Source: Octopus bimaculoides
Taxonomy: Eukaryota
Reading direction: 5' to 3'
Assembly (NCBI RefSeq): GCF_001194135.2
Contig: NC_068998.1
Location: 19,104,015 to 19,168,014 of the forward strand
DNA length: 64,000 nt
This document shows, piece after piece, positions 47,849-60,504 of this stretch (position 1 is its first letter; each line of letters opens with the position of its first letter). A model generated the notes under the pieces. It ran no database searches, was not told where the DNA came from, and saw only the letters and a program-made list of their open reading frames with translations. Both the position numbers and the translations under genes were made by a program.

Positions 47849-48170
47849 ATATATACATACACACAAGCACAATATTTAAGGAGTTGGCATCCACCTATGT
47901 CTGTTTCCCATTTGATTGTGCATTTATTATGCTTTTTTAACTCATTACTTAATGCAACACAATGTACTGCAAAAAAATTTTCTTGTTTGCACATTATGAA
48001 TGCAAAACTATTGGTCACTATGACCAGACATATAATTAACTTCCAGTAAATATATTACTGCTCTAACATTTAGAGTGTGCTTCTTTCTGGGATATTTGAT
48101 CTATTGATGATATATATACACAGACTATTTTTTTTTATATAATACATATTCTATTATATATGTATATTAT

Positions 48171-48655
48171 CATTTGAGCATGGTCGATGCCAGTGCTGCC
48201 TGACTGGTCCTGCGGTGGTACGGTACGTAAAAAGCACCATTCGAGCATGGCCATTGCCAGTGCCGCCTGACTGGCTCCCATACTGGTGGGATGTAAAAAG
48301 CACCATTCGAGCATGATTGTTGACAGTGCCGCCTGACTGGCTCACATGCCGGTGGAATGTAAAAAGCACCATTCGAGCGTGGTTGTTGACAGTGCCACTT
48401 GACTGGCTCCCATGCCAGTGACATGTAAAATGCACCATTCAAGCATGGTCAATGCTAGTACCGCCTGACTGGTCCTTGTGCCAGTGGCACGTAAAAAACA
48501 CCTACTACACTCTCGGAGTGGTTGGTGTTAGGAAGGGCATCCAGCTGTAGATCAGATTGGAGCCTGATACAGCCTTCTGGCTTGCCAATCCTCAGTCAAA
48601 CCGTCAAACCCATGCCAGCATAGAAAGCAGACATTAAACAACAATGATAATGATC
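48171..48655 (+). mobile_element. RTE 3' UTR fragment carrying five tandem 66-67 bp units (48171-48501)
   Basis: Units start at 48171, 48238, 48304, 48370 and 48436 (CATTCGAGC...GCCAGT...ACTGGC...GTAAAAAGCAC) and are followed by the GGAAGGGCATCCAGCTGTAG body and a GAT-rich tail. Confidence 0.8.
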
Positions 48656-48949
48656 ATCATCATCATTTAATGTCTATTCTCCATGATGGCATAGGTTGGA
48701 TGGTTTAACAAGAGCTGACAAGCAGGAAGACTGTGCCAAGCTCTATTGCCTGATTTGGCATGGTTTCTATGACAGGATGCCCTTCCTCATGCTAAATGCA
48801 TACATATAAGAAGGTAGCTTCTCTTTACTCTATGTATTGTATTCTCTTCATTTAACAACCACGCATAACAACAATTCCAATTCCATGCCTCTTTCTTAAC
48901 AAGAGCAAGTGTGCCTGTCATATTTTGCATAATATATATATTATACAAA

Positions 48950-50260
48950 ACATTGTGCTAGAAAAAACAGAGATGCCAGCAAATTGAAAGATATCTTAAA
49001 TGATGGTGATACACTTGTCTTTGCTGCTGATAACAAGAAAGAGGTATGAAAGTGCTGTTATGAGAGGTGGATGACTGAGGAGAACGCATGGAATAAGAAG
49101 CTGTCACATGCCAATCCAACAAAGCTCAGCAATTCAAGTTAACAGAGTGATTAGACAGTGATCAAGGATATGAAGGTAGAGGAAGCTGCTGGTCCATGAG
49201 GGAGAGTTTCCAACATGGTAAAAATGTCTGACAAAATAGGATACAAGCTAGTCACTAGAATAGTTAATCAGGTAAGTAACAGGTGTCAGATATCTGGCAT
49301 AGTAGTACTGGTACAAAGACAAAGGAGATGGAATTAGAGACATCAAATTGATGCATCAGGCTACGAAGGTCACAGAATGAATCGTAGCACAGGAACAGAA
49401 TTAGCCTAGATGAAATACAATTCAGACTCATGCTTGAAAGAGTACCATAGATGCAATCTTCCGAGTGAGACAACCACAGGAGAAATAATTAGGTAAGAGT
49501 AAAGCACTAGCAATCACTGATTTGGAGAAGGCCCTTGATAGGGTGCCATGTTCTGTAATATGGTGGTCACTAAAGAAACATAGGGTGGACGAATGGCTTA
49601 ATCAAGCAATGCAAGCTATGAACAGATGGTACAGCAACTAAACTTAGAGTCAACAATGGGTTGAGTAACAAATTTAGCATGAAGGTAAAGGTCCATTCAG
49701 ATTCAGCCCCCTTCTATTCACCCTGGCAGATTGAAGCCATCACAGGAGAGTTCAAAACAGGCTGTGTATGCACATTAGCAGAATCAGAATGTGTCAGGTG
49801 TACAGGAGCATTTAGTATAGAGTGTATCCAGGAAATAGATCCTCTAAAATGCTCAGAAGTCTCCAAGTAGTCAATAGTTTTTCTTATCTCGCTAACCTAA
49901 TCAGCAGTAGAGGTGTATGCTCTGAAAGCAGCATAACCAAGGTAAGAAGAGGGTGGGAAAAATTCAGGGAACTACTATCTGTACTGGCCACAAAAGGCCT
50001 CTCCCTCAGAGAGAAGGGCAGATTGTATGATGCTTGCATACTAAGCACAGTGCAACAAAGTAATGAGACCTCAGCCCTGATTGTAAGAGATTTGCAAAAG
50101 CTAGAAAGAAACAAGACTGTCGTCATTTGCTGGATGTGTAAATATCATTATGTACAAATAATGCAGTGCAAATGACTTGAGAGAAAAACTGTGCATAAGA
50201 AGTATCAAATGTAGTTTGTACTGCATTGGTTTGAGCATGTAATGCTCACAGATGACAAGA
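48950..50260 (+). mobile_element. Degenerate RTE LINE reverse transcriptase fragment
   Basis: Remnants of QFGFMPG.STTDAIF (about 49420), DLEKA.DRVP (about 49520) and ...GWEKFRELL..LATKGLSLREKGRLYDAC (ORF 49822-50175); many stops and frameshifts. Confidence 0.75.
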
Positions 50261-51599
50261 GCTGACCTCTCTCCTCAGCTTCCCTGCCTGGGATGCTTTC
50301 ACTGGCTCCTCTCCTTAGCACCCCACTCCTGCCAGAGATTCTTTCACTGCTTTCTTCCTCTGCTCCTTCCAAAATCTCCTTATTTCATTTTATTCACTCT
50401 ATTCCCTCCCCCCTTAGGTTATTCTCCAGCCTTTCTTTCTCTCACTGCATTTATCTACCACCCCCTTACCCTTTATCTCATCAACTTCTCTCCAAAGCTT
50501 TCTTGTCGGGAATGCTTTCTCTGCATTCATACTCTGCTCTTCCCCTAACATCTAGGGTTCTCTCTACCCTCTTTTCCCACTATCTATGGTACTCTCTTTC
50601 ACTCACTGCTCTTGTTTTCTCTTTACTCTCCTCTCCTCACAGCTTCATATTTTTAACACCCTTTCACCCCTCCCTCCCCCATGACCACATCTCACGTTCC
50701 TTTTCCCTCACTTTCCATCCATACTCTTATGTGGAATATCCCTGGACCCCACTACATAACCTACCTCATTACTCTTACCACTCAGTCCCTGACTTTCTAA
50801 CTCCTGACATTAATCCTCACCTTTTCTCCCTGTCCCTTCCATACTTCCTCCCCAATAATATCTCCACTACCACAGTCTTCTAACTATAAATCTGTTCCTC
50901 ACATTATTATTTACCCTCTCTTCTATTCTCCTTCAGTTATAGCAGCCCTTTTAGGCTTTTAGCCATGTAAGCGGGAAGGTGACCTCACTAGTGCTGGTAC
51001 CATAAAAACAGCACCCAGTATACTGTAAAATAGTTGGCATTAGGAAAGGTATTTAGCTGTAGAAAACATGCCAAAATGGGCATTAGAGCATAACACAGTC
51101 CTCCAACTCATTCAATCCTGTCAAACTATTCAACCCATACTAGTATGGAAAATAGATGTCAAACCATATATATAGAGAGAGAGGGCAGAGCAAAGTAACA
51201 TTTTCCCCTTGCTAGACGAGTTTCCAAAAAAGATTGGAAATGAATGACATTATTTGTATGATAGTGACGCTTCCAACTATCATGCAGTCAAGACAAGGAG
51301 ACACAGACACACAACCGAAACCACCTCACATGCTTTTTGGTCGGCCCAGGGCTATAGTAAAAGACATCAGAGGTGCCACGCAATGGGACTGAATCCAAAA
51401 CCACATGGTTGGGAAGCAAACTTCCTAACATACTTACACACACACACACACACGAACAAAGTTACCTCTGTTGGGGTGTACAAGATGATGAAGGGCTGCA
51501 ACAAGTAACGAGATGCTGTGAGACCCCCTTCAACCTTATGCCATCATCATTGCTCCATACGTTTTTCAGTACCAACAACTAGTCGTGTAACTATTTTCA

Positions 51600-53759
51600 T
51601 ATCTAAAAGTCTGTATTTATTTCCAACGCTCTATTCGTATTGATTTTGCGCGCGCGTGCGTGCGTGCGTGTGTGTGTGTGTGTAGAAAGCTTTGTTTACA
51701 ATAAACATTCATAATACATATTTATAAAAAGAAATTAGAGACGAAACAATTACGAACACAAGTAACATAAACCACAACTAATTTTTGAAAACTGACACAG
51801 AACTTCACTGTACTGCGCACAGAAGCTTAAGACGAATAACACTGAAGATAAATTCTTTACGATGATAAGTATCTTAGTACAGCTGGAGTGAAACCTTACA
51901 CCTAGTTTTTATATGTAAGTAAACATGCTGCTGTGTAAGCAAAAAAGCATACTACTTCCCGGGCAATGATCTAGAACAATGAGCTGCATGATTTAATTAC
52001 GTTTAATTTATTTGTCACGTTTTTACAAAGACTAATAAAATACGCAAATGTAAATATAAAATCATAAATGTCAAGCACATAAACACATACAAACAATAAA
52101 TAAATGCTATCTTATGACGGAGATGGGGATTCAATGGTAGCGGCTGGAACGGCTTGTTCTTTATAGTGATAAATAAAAGGTTTGTCAAAAAAGTAAAATT
52201 TTGTTTAGAGAAAAAAAGTTATCTGTAAACCTATTTCAGTGCCAGATATTTATATTTTTGTAACATGAAAGAACATTGGTTTATTTCGTAGCCTACAGGG
52301 GACCCGTCATATCAGAAAGAAGTAAGAAATTGATATCGTTAATTCGAATCATAAACAATTGAGTGCTGGTTTATTATAGGACTGATTATATTTATGGAAG
52401 GAGAGTAAGGAGTTCTACATAGCAGCAGTCATGGGAAGAAAGGACTCTGTATATGATGACTGGTATGAAATGCGGAAAAAGAAGCAGTACAAATATTGAG
52501 AAGAAGAAAAGTGAAGGTACAATTCGATAATTCTGACGAGTCTTGTTACAAAGTAATGTAGTGACGCGGGATTCAGAAAACAAAGCATTTAGATGGATTA
52601 AGAATCAAAGATGTTATCGATCAAATATTTTACATATATTCCTGCATACCAATGACAGAAATAGATGCCATACGATAAAAGCAGTATTCCACTGAGTCTT
52701 GCAAAGAGTAAACAGCTGCTCGGATTTCCAAAGCGAAAACATGCACTATCTTTATAATATAAAGTTCCAAAAGTAGCAGGAGTTGGTCATCGTGAAATGA
52801 ATGGGATCTTTTACAATGGGAACTCTTTCTTTTAACTCTGAATGAACAGTTCCCCCACATGCGACACCTATATAAAATATTATCACTCGTAACAACTTTA
52901 ATTAGATTTGGCTCAATGAATTCAGATTGGGGAAAAAGCCAATTTGTATATTTTATAAATCAATAACTAGCACACACACAAAACTTTAACATTTCCAATA
53001 ACTTATATGTTATACTGTTTGTTACTTGAAAACAACCATATAGCAGACGGATAAAACATCATTCATAAAATGTCCACAGAACTATCTACATGAACAGTTT
53101 GGCTTGAAGCACCGCTTAATTATCACAAAAACTAAAGCAAATCAATAGTTTGTATTCAAAATATAGATTGCGTTAGATAAGAAGTGGGAAGAGATGAAAG
53201 AAGAAAAAAAGTAGAATGAAACAATGGAATCAAAGTAAAATAAAACATTCTGACGGAGGACAATGAATTCTTCAAAGACGGGAGGACAGGCAGTCAGGCA
53301 TTTGTCCATTTCCTTAGCATTTGCATTCTAGCTATTCTCCCTTCTGAGAGGTCATCTCTAACAATATAAGTCTTTCTAGGATATTGTTATATGTGCGAAG
53401 AGAACCGATTTGTTGTAAAGCATAACTGAAGGTTACAAAATAACCAATGACGTGCTTATTTCTGTGAAGGAGTGCTGGACTGAAGTCAACAGGTGAAACT
53501 AGGAATGACAACAATGGCCAGCAATGAGCGACTGAAAAGAGTTAGCGGGGGGGGGGTCGGTTGAGAAAGGAGTTGCCAAGACGAAGGAATAGTTATCAAG
53601 GTGCATCTTTAATTACTTTTGTAAATAAAATAAATGCAGCGATACAAGTCCCTAACAAGTTGAATATTTAATCTTAAACTGATAAATTCCGATTTAATTA
53701 TGAAATAACACACTCAAACAAATTCTACTGTAATGTCCCGTCAGTCGATTATAGTTACC

Positions 53760-53804
<45 letters not shown>

Positions 53805-55200
53805 ACAAAGTCTTCAAGGTCCTTTGGATAATTCTAAGAGATTTGGAGAAAGGGCAGAGATATGCAGAAAAACAAACCTTCTTAGATTTCCTACTGTCAG
53901 ACGTAGTGCTGAGCGACAATAATAGCAGGCGACTTCTCCAATGTGAAGGAGAGTTTCAGTAAAAACTGGCAACGAATGCCGGCTTCTTCCTGCTGCTGCT
54001 ACTACCGCCTCGCTTCCATCTAGTTTTATTCCTACGCTGACTTCCGTCAGACTAGGACCTCATCAACCCGGTTACGTGTGACTCGCCGGCCAACACGAAC
54101 CCGGAATAACCATAGTGAATAATGAAATTTGGAATATTGAAATACATAACAAGTATATACCTTCCTACACAACAGACCATGTGTGCAAAAGTTTAATTTT
54201 AAGAATTTTGTCGTTGATTTTCAGAATATATGGGTAATATTGAGTGGGTCTATTTTGTTGACAATTGACATCTTTACTACATCGTACCTCGGTTTCGTTA
54301 ATTTTTCGTGTCACGTGTGTGAAAAAAAATTGTCCCAATCAAAGCAGACGGTTCAATATGTTGACATGGAAAATGTTTCTTGCGTGTTTTTAATATCTTA
54401 ATCATGAAAACACATTTTTGAAATTATTTCAGCAAAATCAAATATATGCACGCAACACACGAGTAAATAATTACTTTATTTTTAGTTAGACGTCTGTCTT
54501 TTCCGTTAAATAATGGTCTGCAGAAAATTCCGGAAGACTTCCAACTAATCAAGTGGGTCACATTGGTTGGTATTCTGTAACGACAAGCCAGTTTCTCCAA
54601 CTGTTTAATTATACAACAGGGCCAACTTATGCATGTCATATAATACGGATTCTATTAGAAAAAAAAATTATTATTCTACATTAAGTTAACTTATATTTCT
54701 TGATTGCATTAAATGTTTGGTGGGATTTTGAGGTAATCTTCCTGCGAGATACCCTGTTACTATGAGCCGGTTCGGTTCCTACGCAGTACATTATTTTAAT
54801 TTTCATAGAACTTGATAACTAATGTATACGGTGATAGGGAAGGTAGGTCAAGAAAACCTTAAGTGAGATAATTCAAAGTGACCTCGTCGAATTTGAATAG
54901 ACTGAGAAATGAGACTTCCTCGAACAAATTTGAACTGCTACAACGAGTGGATATAAGAGTAATATAGACGTAAATTTAAATGATTTTTCTGGAAAACTTC
55001 TCCAGATTTCGGAATTCCCATCATTATTTATATTGTATGACTAATTCTAACTATTATTAATTTTTCAATATTTTACCCTTTCGCAGTGATGATTCTTTCA
55101 TCATTATAACTTTTTTTTTTTCTCTTCAATTGGCACAGGACCAAGTTTTGTTTATAGAAGAAATGCGAAGTTAGTTGATGACATTGACCTTAAAAGAGGA
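51600..55200. promoter_or_regulatory. CpG-retaining region, probable DPP9 promoter / first-exon zone
   Basis: Visibly more CpG in unique sequence than in the DPP9 introns; ETS-type CGGAAGT (minus, 54040-54046), TTCCGGAA near 54526, CCAAT+TGACGTG at 53444-53454; lies upstream of a coding exon that begins at a splice acceptor. Confidence 0.5.
53878..54070 (-). other. Putative non-coding first exon of DPP9
   Basis: GC/CpG-rich stretch ending in a candidate donor AAG|GTTTGT at 53877; the 5' boundary is a guess and there is no transcript evidence. Confidence 0.3.
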
Positions 55201-55587
55201 AATTTTACTCAGGAAGTTTCTCGTTGTGCTGAGATTAATTCATTAGATAATTGAATGAGAACCAAAAAGGTTTAAATCAAATTTGGATGTTTTATGAGAA
55301 TTTATGAAGCCTCTTGTATCTATATGAGAATGCTGATTTTTAGCATTAATATAGAAAGGCAGGCCAGTGAGAAAATAATGGAACTAATATTCATATCAAT
55401 GTTTGAAAGTATTACCAGAGGTCCAACGGACTTAATTGAAGTTAGATCGGACATCTACTTCTTGTAACTCACATACACACTAATTATGGGTCACCACCAC
55501 CTACACATTTAAAATGTGCAATTTCACAAAATGTTATCAACATAACCTGGGATTTCTAAATGGTTTAAACTACTGCAAGGGTGCAAT

Positions 55588-55633
<46 letters not shown>

Positions 55634-56816
55634 CACTCATACTGGTGCCACATAAAAAGCACCCAGTACACTTTGTAAAGAGGTTGGCATTAGGAAGGGT
55701 ATCCAGCTGTAGAAAAAACAGGCAACAAAGATGGTCTGCCCTCTGTCCCTCCCCACCCCCAACCTTTCTAGCTCCAGTCAAACTGTCCAACCCATGCTTG
55801 CACGGGTTGGACAGAGTTTATTAAGGAAAATTTCCTATAGCCAGACACCATTCTTGTTACGAACCCTCACTTGTTTCCAAGCAAGGTAAATATTTCCTCG
55901 TGGTCAGAGATGATTGGAAATGAAGTGTTGTAGTACTGAACAAAGTGGCTTCATGCTAGGTGATGAGAGGTTAAAGAATGATAGAAAGATAGAAACAGGT
56001 GTTTTGTAGCAGAGGAGATACGTGACTACTCCAGTTGGAAAAGGAGAGAAGATGATGCAGAGGTATCAGGACATACCCTCAGGTACATGAAAATAAATAA
56101 TAAAGAAATGGTTCAGAGCTACTGGACAGTGTAAAAGGAGAGTGGCAACTGGATAGAAGTGAATGGTGAACACAAATGGAGGTGTGTGGTCAATCGTGAA
56201 TATCAGCTTGGAGGAGGGAAGGTAGAGGAAACAAGATTGGGTCAGGGAGGGGATAGGTGGCAGCAGAAATGATGTGAAGTGTGAGTAGTTATGCAAGATA
56301 TGCACAATGCCAGGGACAAGATCAGAGCTACAATGGGGGATGAACATAAGCAGTGGGAGGGGGGCTGCCATTGGGAAAATGAAAGAATGGGTGTACAGGG
56401 GTGCATTCAGAGGAAAATAAGATGGTAGGAGATGACACTGAGAGTGTGAGATACAAAGTTCTCATATAGTTACAACAGCTGAATGAATTGTGCCATAGTC
56501 AGAAGGATGGAGGGGAGGGTGTTATGAAGGTGAGTTGTAGAGAAGAGACATGCTAGGGGCATATACATAAACTATGCTTTTTAGGGCCTCATTTGTAATG
56601 AGATGGATGGGTTTTCTTGAGTACAGCAAATTGCCAATCATCTAAATCCTTTGTCATCTCTCCCATGAGACTCAGCATCCAGCGGTCATTCTTCACCACT
56701 TTGTCCTACATTATCATGAGTCTCCCTCTTCCACAGGTTCCATCCACATTTAGCAATCGGCACAGCTTTATACATATACACAAATATTTATATATATGTA
56801 AATATATATATATATA

Positions 56817-57612
56817 CACAGGGTGTGTAAGATATTTGAGGACACATTTATATTTATTAAAAAAAAACATATATAATAACAGATAATAACTTTATTTATC
56901 AAAAAATGCTTTGAAGATAAAAATAAACCTTTTCTATAATGTTATTCAATAAAGCCATCTTCAGCTTCAAATACTGCTTCTATCTGAGATCTAAATCATC
57001 TACATGCTTGAATCAAGTGGTCCTGGTTCATTTTGGACATTACTCTGACTATGGCAGCTTTCATAGAGTCTTTGGTGTTATGGGTGTGTTCATTGACCTC
57101 TCTCTCAACAACGCTCCACATGTAATAGTCCAATGGATTGAGATCTGGGGAATTAGGAGGCCAAATGTTAGGGATTATGTGATCATGAAAATTTTTCAAC
57201 CATCCATTCCTGTGTTACTAGAGCCATGTGTCATAGTGCAGAGTCTTACTGAAACACATATGGCATTCCATTGCATACACTGTCTATCCAGGGCTTAACA
57301 ATTATTTCCAGGACCTCAATGTATGTGGCAGAGTTTAAATCTTGTGGAAAGAAGTAAGGAGGCATCACATGTCCTTCATTGCTGACAACCCATAAAGCCA
57401 TGACAGTTGCAGGAAAATTTTGTATGCATCACACTTGGAACTTCAGAAAGGTCTACACATAACCATCTGTTGTTTCTTCTGTTAACTTTTTGATCTTGGT
57501 CAGAGAAAAACCAAATCGAATCTTCTGCTGGATTTTTCAGTTTGTTTAGAGCCTTTTTGATCTGATGTAGTGATTTTCTTTTGCTTTTTCTGACAAATTG
57601 ACCTTTCCTCAT
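56817..57612 (-). mobile_element. Mariner DD37D transposase remnant (C-terminal two thirds plus one TIR)
   Basis: VMRKGQF...IWFFSD; VFQ*DSA followed by 37 residues to PLDYY (WPPNSPDLNPLDYYMW); terminal TACACAGGGTG. Confidence 0.88.
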
Positions 57613-60004
57613 CACAAAACGTTCTGCCCATCCATTTGATCTGGGATAGTAAGGCGCTATCATTTTTTGTTCTACCATGAACATTTCACAGAATTTTCTA
57701 AATTCACTGGAAACAAATTGTGTTCATTATCACATACAATCATGTCTGGGATGCCAAATCTTGTGAATAATTTGTGCAAAAAATTTATTACCATTGTGGA
57801 GGTTGGTCTTTTGCACTTAACAATTTCTGGCCATTTTGTAAAACTGTCGACTATTACTGAGTAGTAATAACTATTTAACAGACCCGCAAAATTGTTGTGT
57901 AGTCTTGTCCATGGACTTTTTACTTCTGGCCAAGACTCCCATTTTTGAGTAGGCAATTTCACTGCCAGAGAACATCCTCTGCAGCCTTTTACTACGAATA
58001 AACTATACACACACACACACAGAGAGAGAGGATCAATCCTGGAATTGATCATTCTATCTTTTTTGGACATGATATGTCTAGGACGACATTGTCCAGTGTT
58101 CTTCCTGTTTGTTAAAAAGACATTAAAGCGAGATCTTAGCTTGCTTACCAACCACATGGCTCTGGGTTCAGTCCCACTACGTGCACACACACATACGCGC
58201 GCGTCCTCCTCCCCCAAGCCTATACAGTCATATAGGCAATATTTCGGTATTAGGAGATGACGTCATTCACCCACACAATGTCCCTCATGATATAGATGAA
58301 GAGGCTCGGCTGAAAAAGAGAGTGATGACGTTGCCTACTTATACCGAAAGATTGTCGGCTTATACAGCAGACTCAAAAATGCCACTACCATAAAAGCTTT
58401 GTCTGGGCCGGGCCGCCCTCCACGAAGCTGTGCTGCTGTGATTTTCACCACTCTAATATAGTAACAACTTCCTTGTCCATTTTCAGCCAATACACATAAC
58501 GTTCCATTTGGGCCTGAAAGCAGGTGTTGCCTTTTCTTTTATCACGATCCTCACTTTTGTTTAGCACAACAACCTAATCCTTCCCAAAAAAAACATTGGG
58601 AAACAATTTTTCAATTGTTTTGTCTCAGTTGTTCAACTTCATTTGAACTTTTAACCGTGCCAACTACATTTTCACAGAGAACCCATGCTAGCATGGAAAG
58701 CGGACGTTAAACGATGATGATGATGAACACTAATGGGGGTATCCCATATTTTAAGTAACTCCATGTATTCTCTGCCAAATAGGTTTACTGACTTTTTCAA
58801 CACATAAATGATTGTCCTTTTCATTTCACCTCGAAAAATTACATTGCAAATACATTCACCTATGAAATATAATTCCTTTCCTGTAACACTATATGTTACT
58901 TTATTTGATTTAAATAACTTCGGCTTATCGACTTGTTGCCATGGTTCCTCATTTGTGATAGTGATGTCACTATTCATGTCTAATTGCATTTTCACTCCAA
59001 TGGTTTTGAATCTCACTTTTATGAATTTTCTGTTCATTATACAAACCTTTCTGATGACAAACTATTTATTTTTTTCTCATCTGGTTCAATTTTTCTCATC
59101 TGGTTCATCATCTTAATTCTGCAGTGCAATTTAATGAGTCCTGTGTTCCCACAACGAAAACACTTCACTTTTTTTTAAATGGACACTCTTTTCTCAGGTG
59201 CCTACCACCACATGCCATATATGGGTTTATCTCCAATATATATCATGTTTTTTGTGAAACACTTTATTCATCTTTCTGCTCTTCTACACTGGTTTTATCT
59301 ATAAATAATTTCTGCATTGGATTTCCTCTGTGTCATGCCTTACTTTTAATATCATATCAGACTCTTCTGATAGTTTCTGGAGAGTAATATCCTGGTTCAT
59401 TTCCAGCTTTGTGAGAATTTTTGTTCTGACTTCTGCATCCTTTTTAGAGGTAGGTCTCTGAACAAAAATCAGGCACTTGAACAAGTCTGGAGTTAGTTTA
59501 TCCAGTTTAAATCTCTCGCACTCTCTGTTTACTCTACCCACATATATGGTAAAGTCTTCGTCATCGCTTTTCTCAGGGTTCAAACACTTCCAACATGTGT
59601 TGAACAATGATGTTTTTTTTCACTAAACATCCTACATAAAATGTCAATTGTGTCTATAAAATTTATGTCAGAAACTTTTTTAGGCAAAATAAAGTTACAA
59701 TATTTCTCATGCTCTATTATCACCAGTTTCGTCAGAATTAGATGCATTTTCATTTCGTCCATCCAGTCTTGGCATTCTTTTTCAAAAATTTGTTCAAATC
59801 TTCAGTAATATGCCTCGAAAGTGATTCCTTCTTTTTGGTCATATTTAAATCCATTTATTGAATTTGCTACATGGTCTGGTGAAAATGTATTTTCCAGTTT
59901 TTTTACCAACTTCATTAGTTGTAGCATTTGTTGTTTTTCTTGTTGTTCTTTGAGTTGGTGTTGTTGCTGTTTTTGCAAATCAACTAAACCCTCGAGTTTT
60001 CCAT
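57613..60004 (-). mobile_element. Degenerate Ty3/Gypsy element (K02A2.6-like): gag, protease, integrase; RT and RNase H absent
   Basis: gag (KYCNFILPK; RVNRECERFKL...FKCLIFVQ), protease-like KMQLDMNSDIT, RYVYW, CRGC, integrase WTRLH..FAG...IVDSFTKWPE...FGIPD.IV.DN and APYYPRSNGWAERFV. No LTRs recognised. Confidence 0.85.
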
Positions 60005-60504
60005 AATTTTACAGATTTTTTTGTAAAATATATATACAACAAAAATGTTTGTTACTCCTCTGTTGAGTTTTTAATAGGTGTAAGAGGCCAGGTCTGGTTG
60101 GTTTGAACATAAAACAGGTAGAATATTTGGGCTGAATATGGCCATCAAAATTTCATATTAATTTATATTCCAAATATTTGCTTTGTAATGACAAAATTAT
60201 TATACCAAATTCTTCATTATTTTCAAAATTAACTGAAACAAATGCAGTGTATTTCAACAGAAATATGGAAACAAAAGGGTTAATACACCCAGATACTTCA
60301 TGAGCCAATAAAGGCAGCCTCTATATGGTTGCTCTATTCTGCTAGAAATAGCAGCAAAAATTTCCCTCAGAGTACACCCTATCAGGAAGAATACTTTGAA
60401 TAAGATAATCCTAGACATGCAAAAAAAAAAAAGGCAGTATAGTCGAGTCAGGAACACTACAAACCTGTTTAATCAGGGCTAAACAACAATAACTAAACAG
60501 ATAA

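Noticed and set aside
48171-48501. CRISPR-like regularly spaced repeats or a repeat-protein gene
   Set aside because: The whole 66-bp unit is repeated with no unique spacers, there are no cas genes, the context is eukaryotic, and the array sits inside a LINE 3' UTR.
50252-50883. 196-aa hydrophobic ORF suggesting a membrane protein
   Set aside because: It comes from a low-complexity C/T-rich repeat whose GA-rich complement recurs at about 41760-42160, 44720-44950 and 55900-56560.
54183-54639. Short ORFs in the promoter zone as a divergent or upstream gene
   Set aside because: No recognisable domain, no coherent splice chain, and lengths expected by chance.
57613-60004. Domesticated Gypsy-derived host gene
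   Set aside because: Multiple stops, frameshifts and nested insertions indicate neutral decay.
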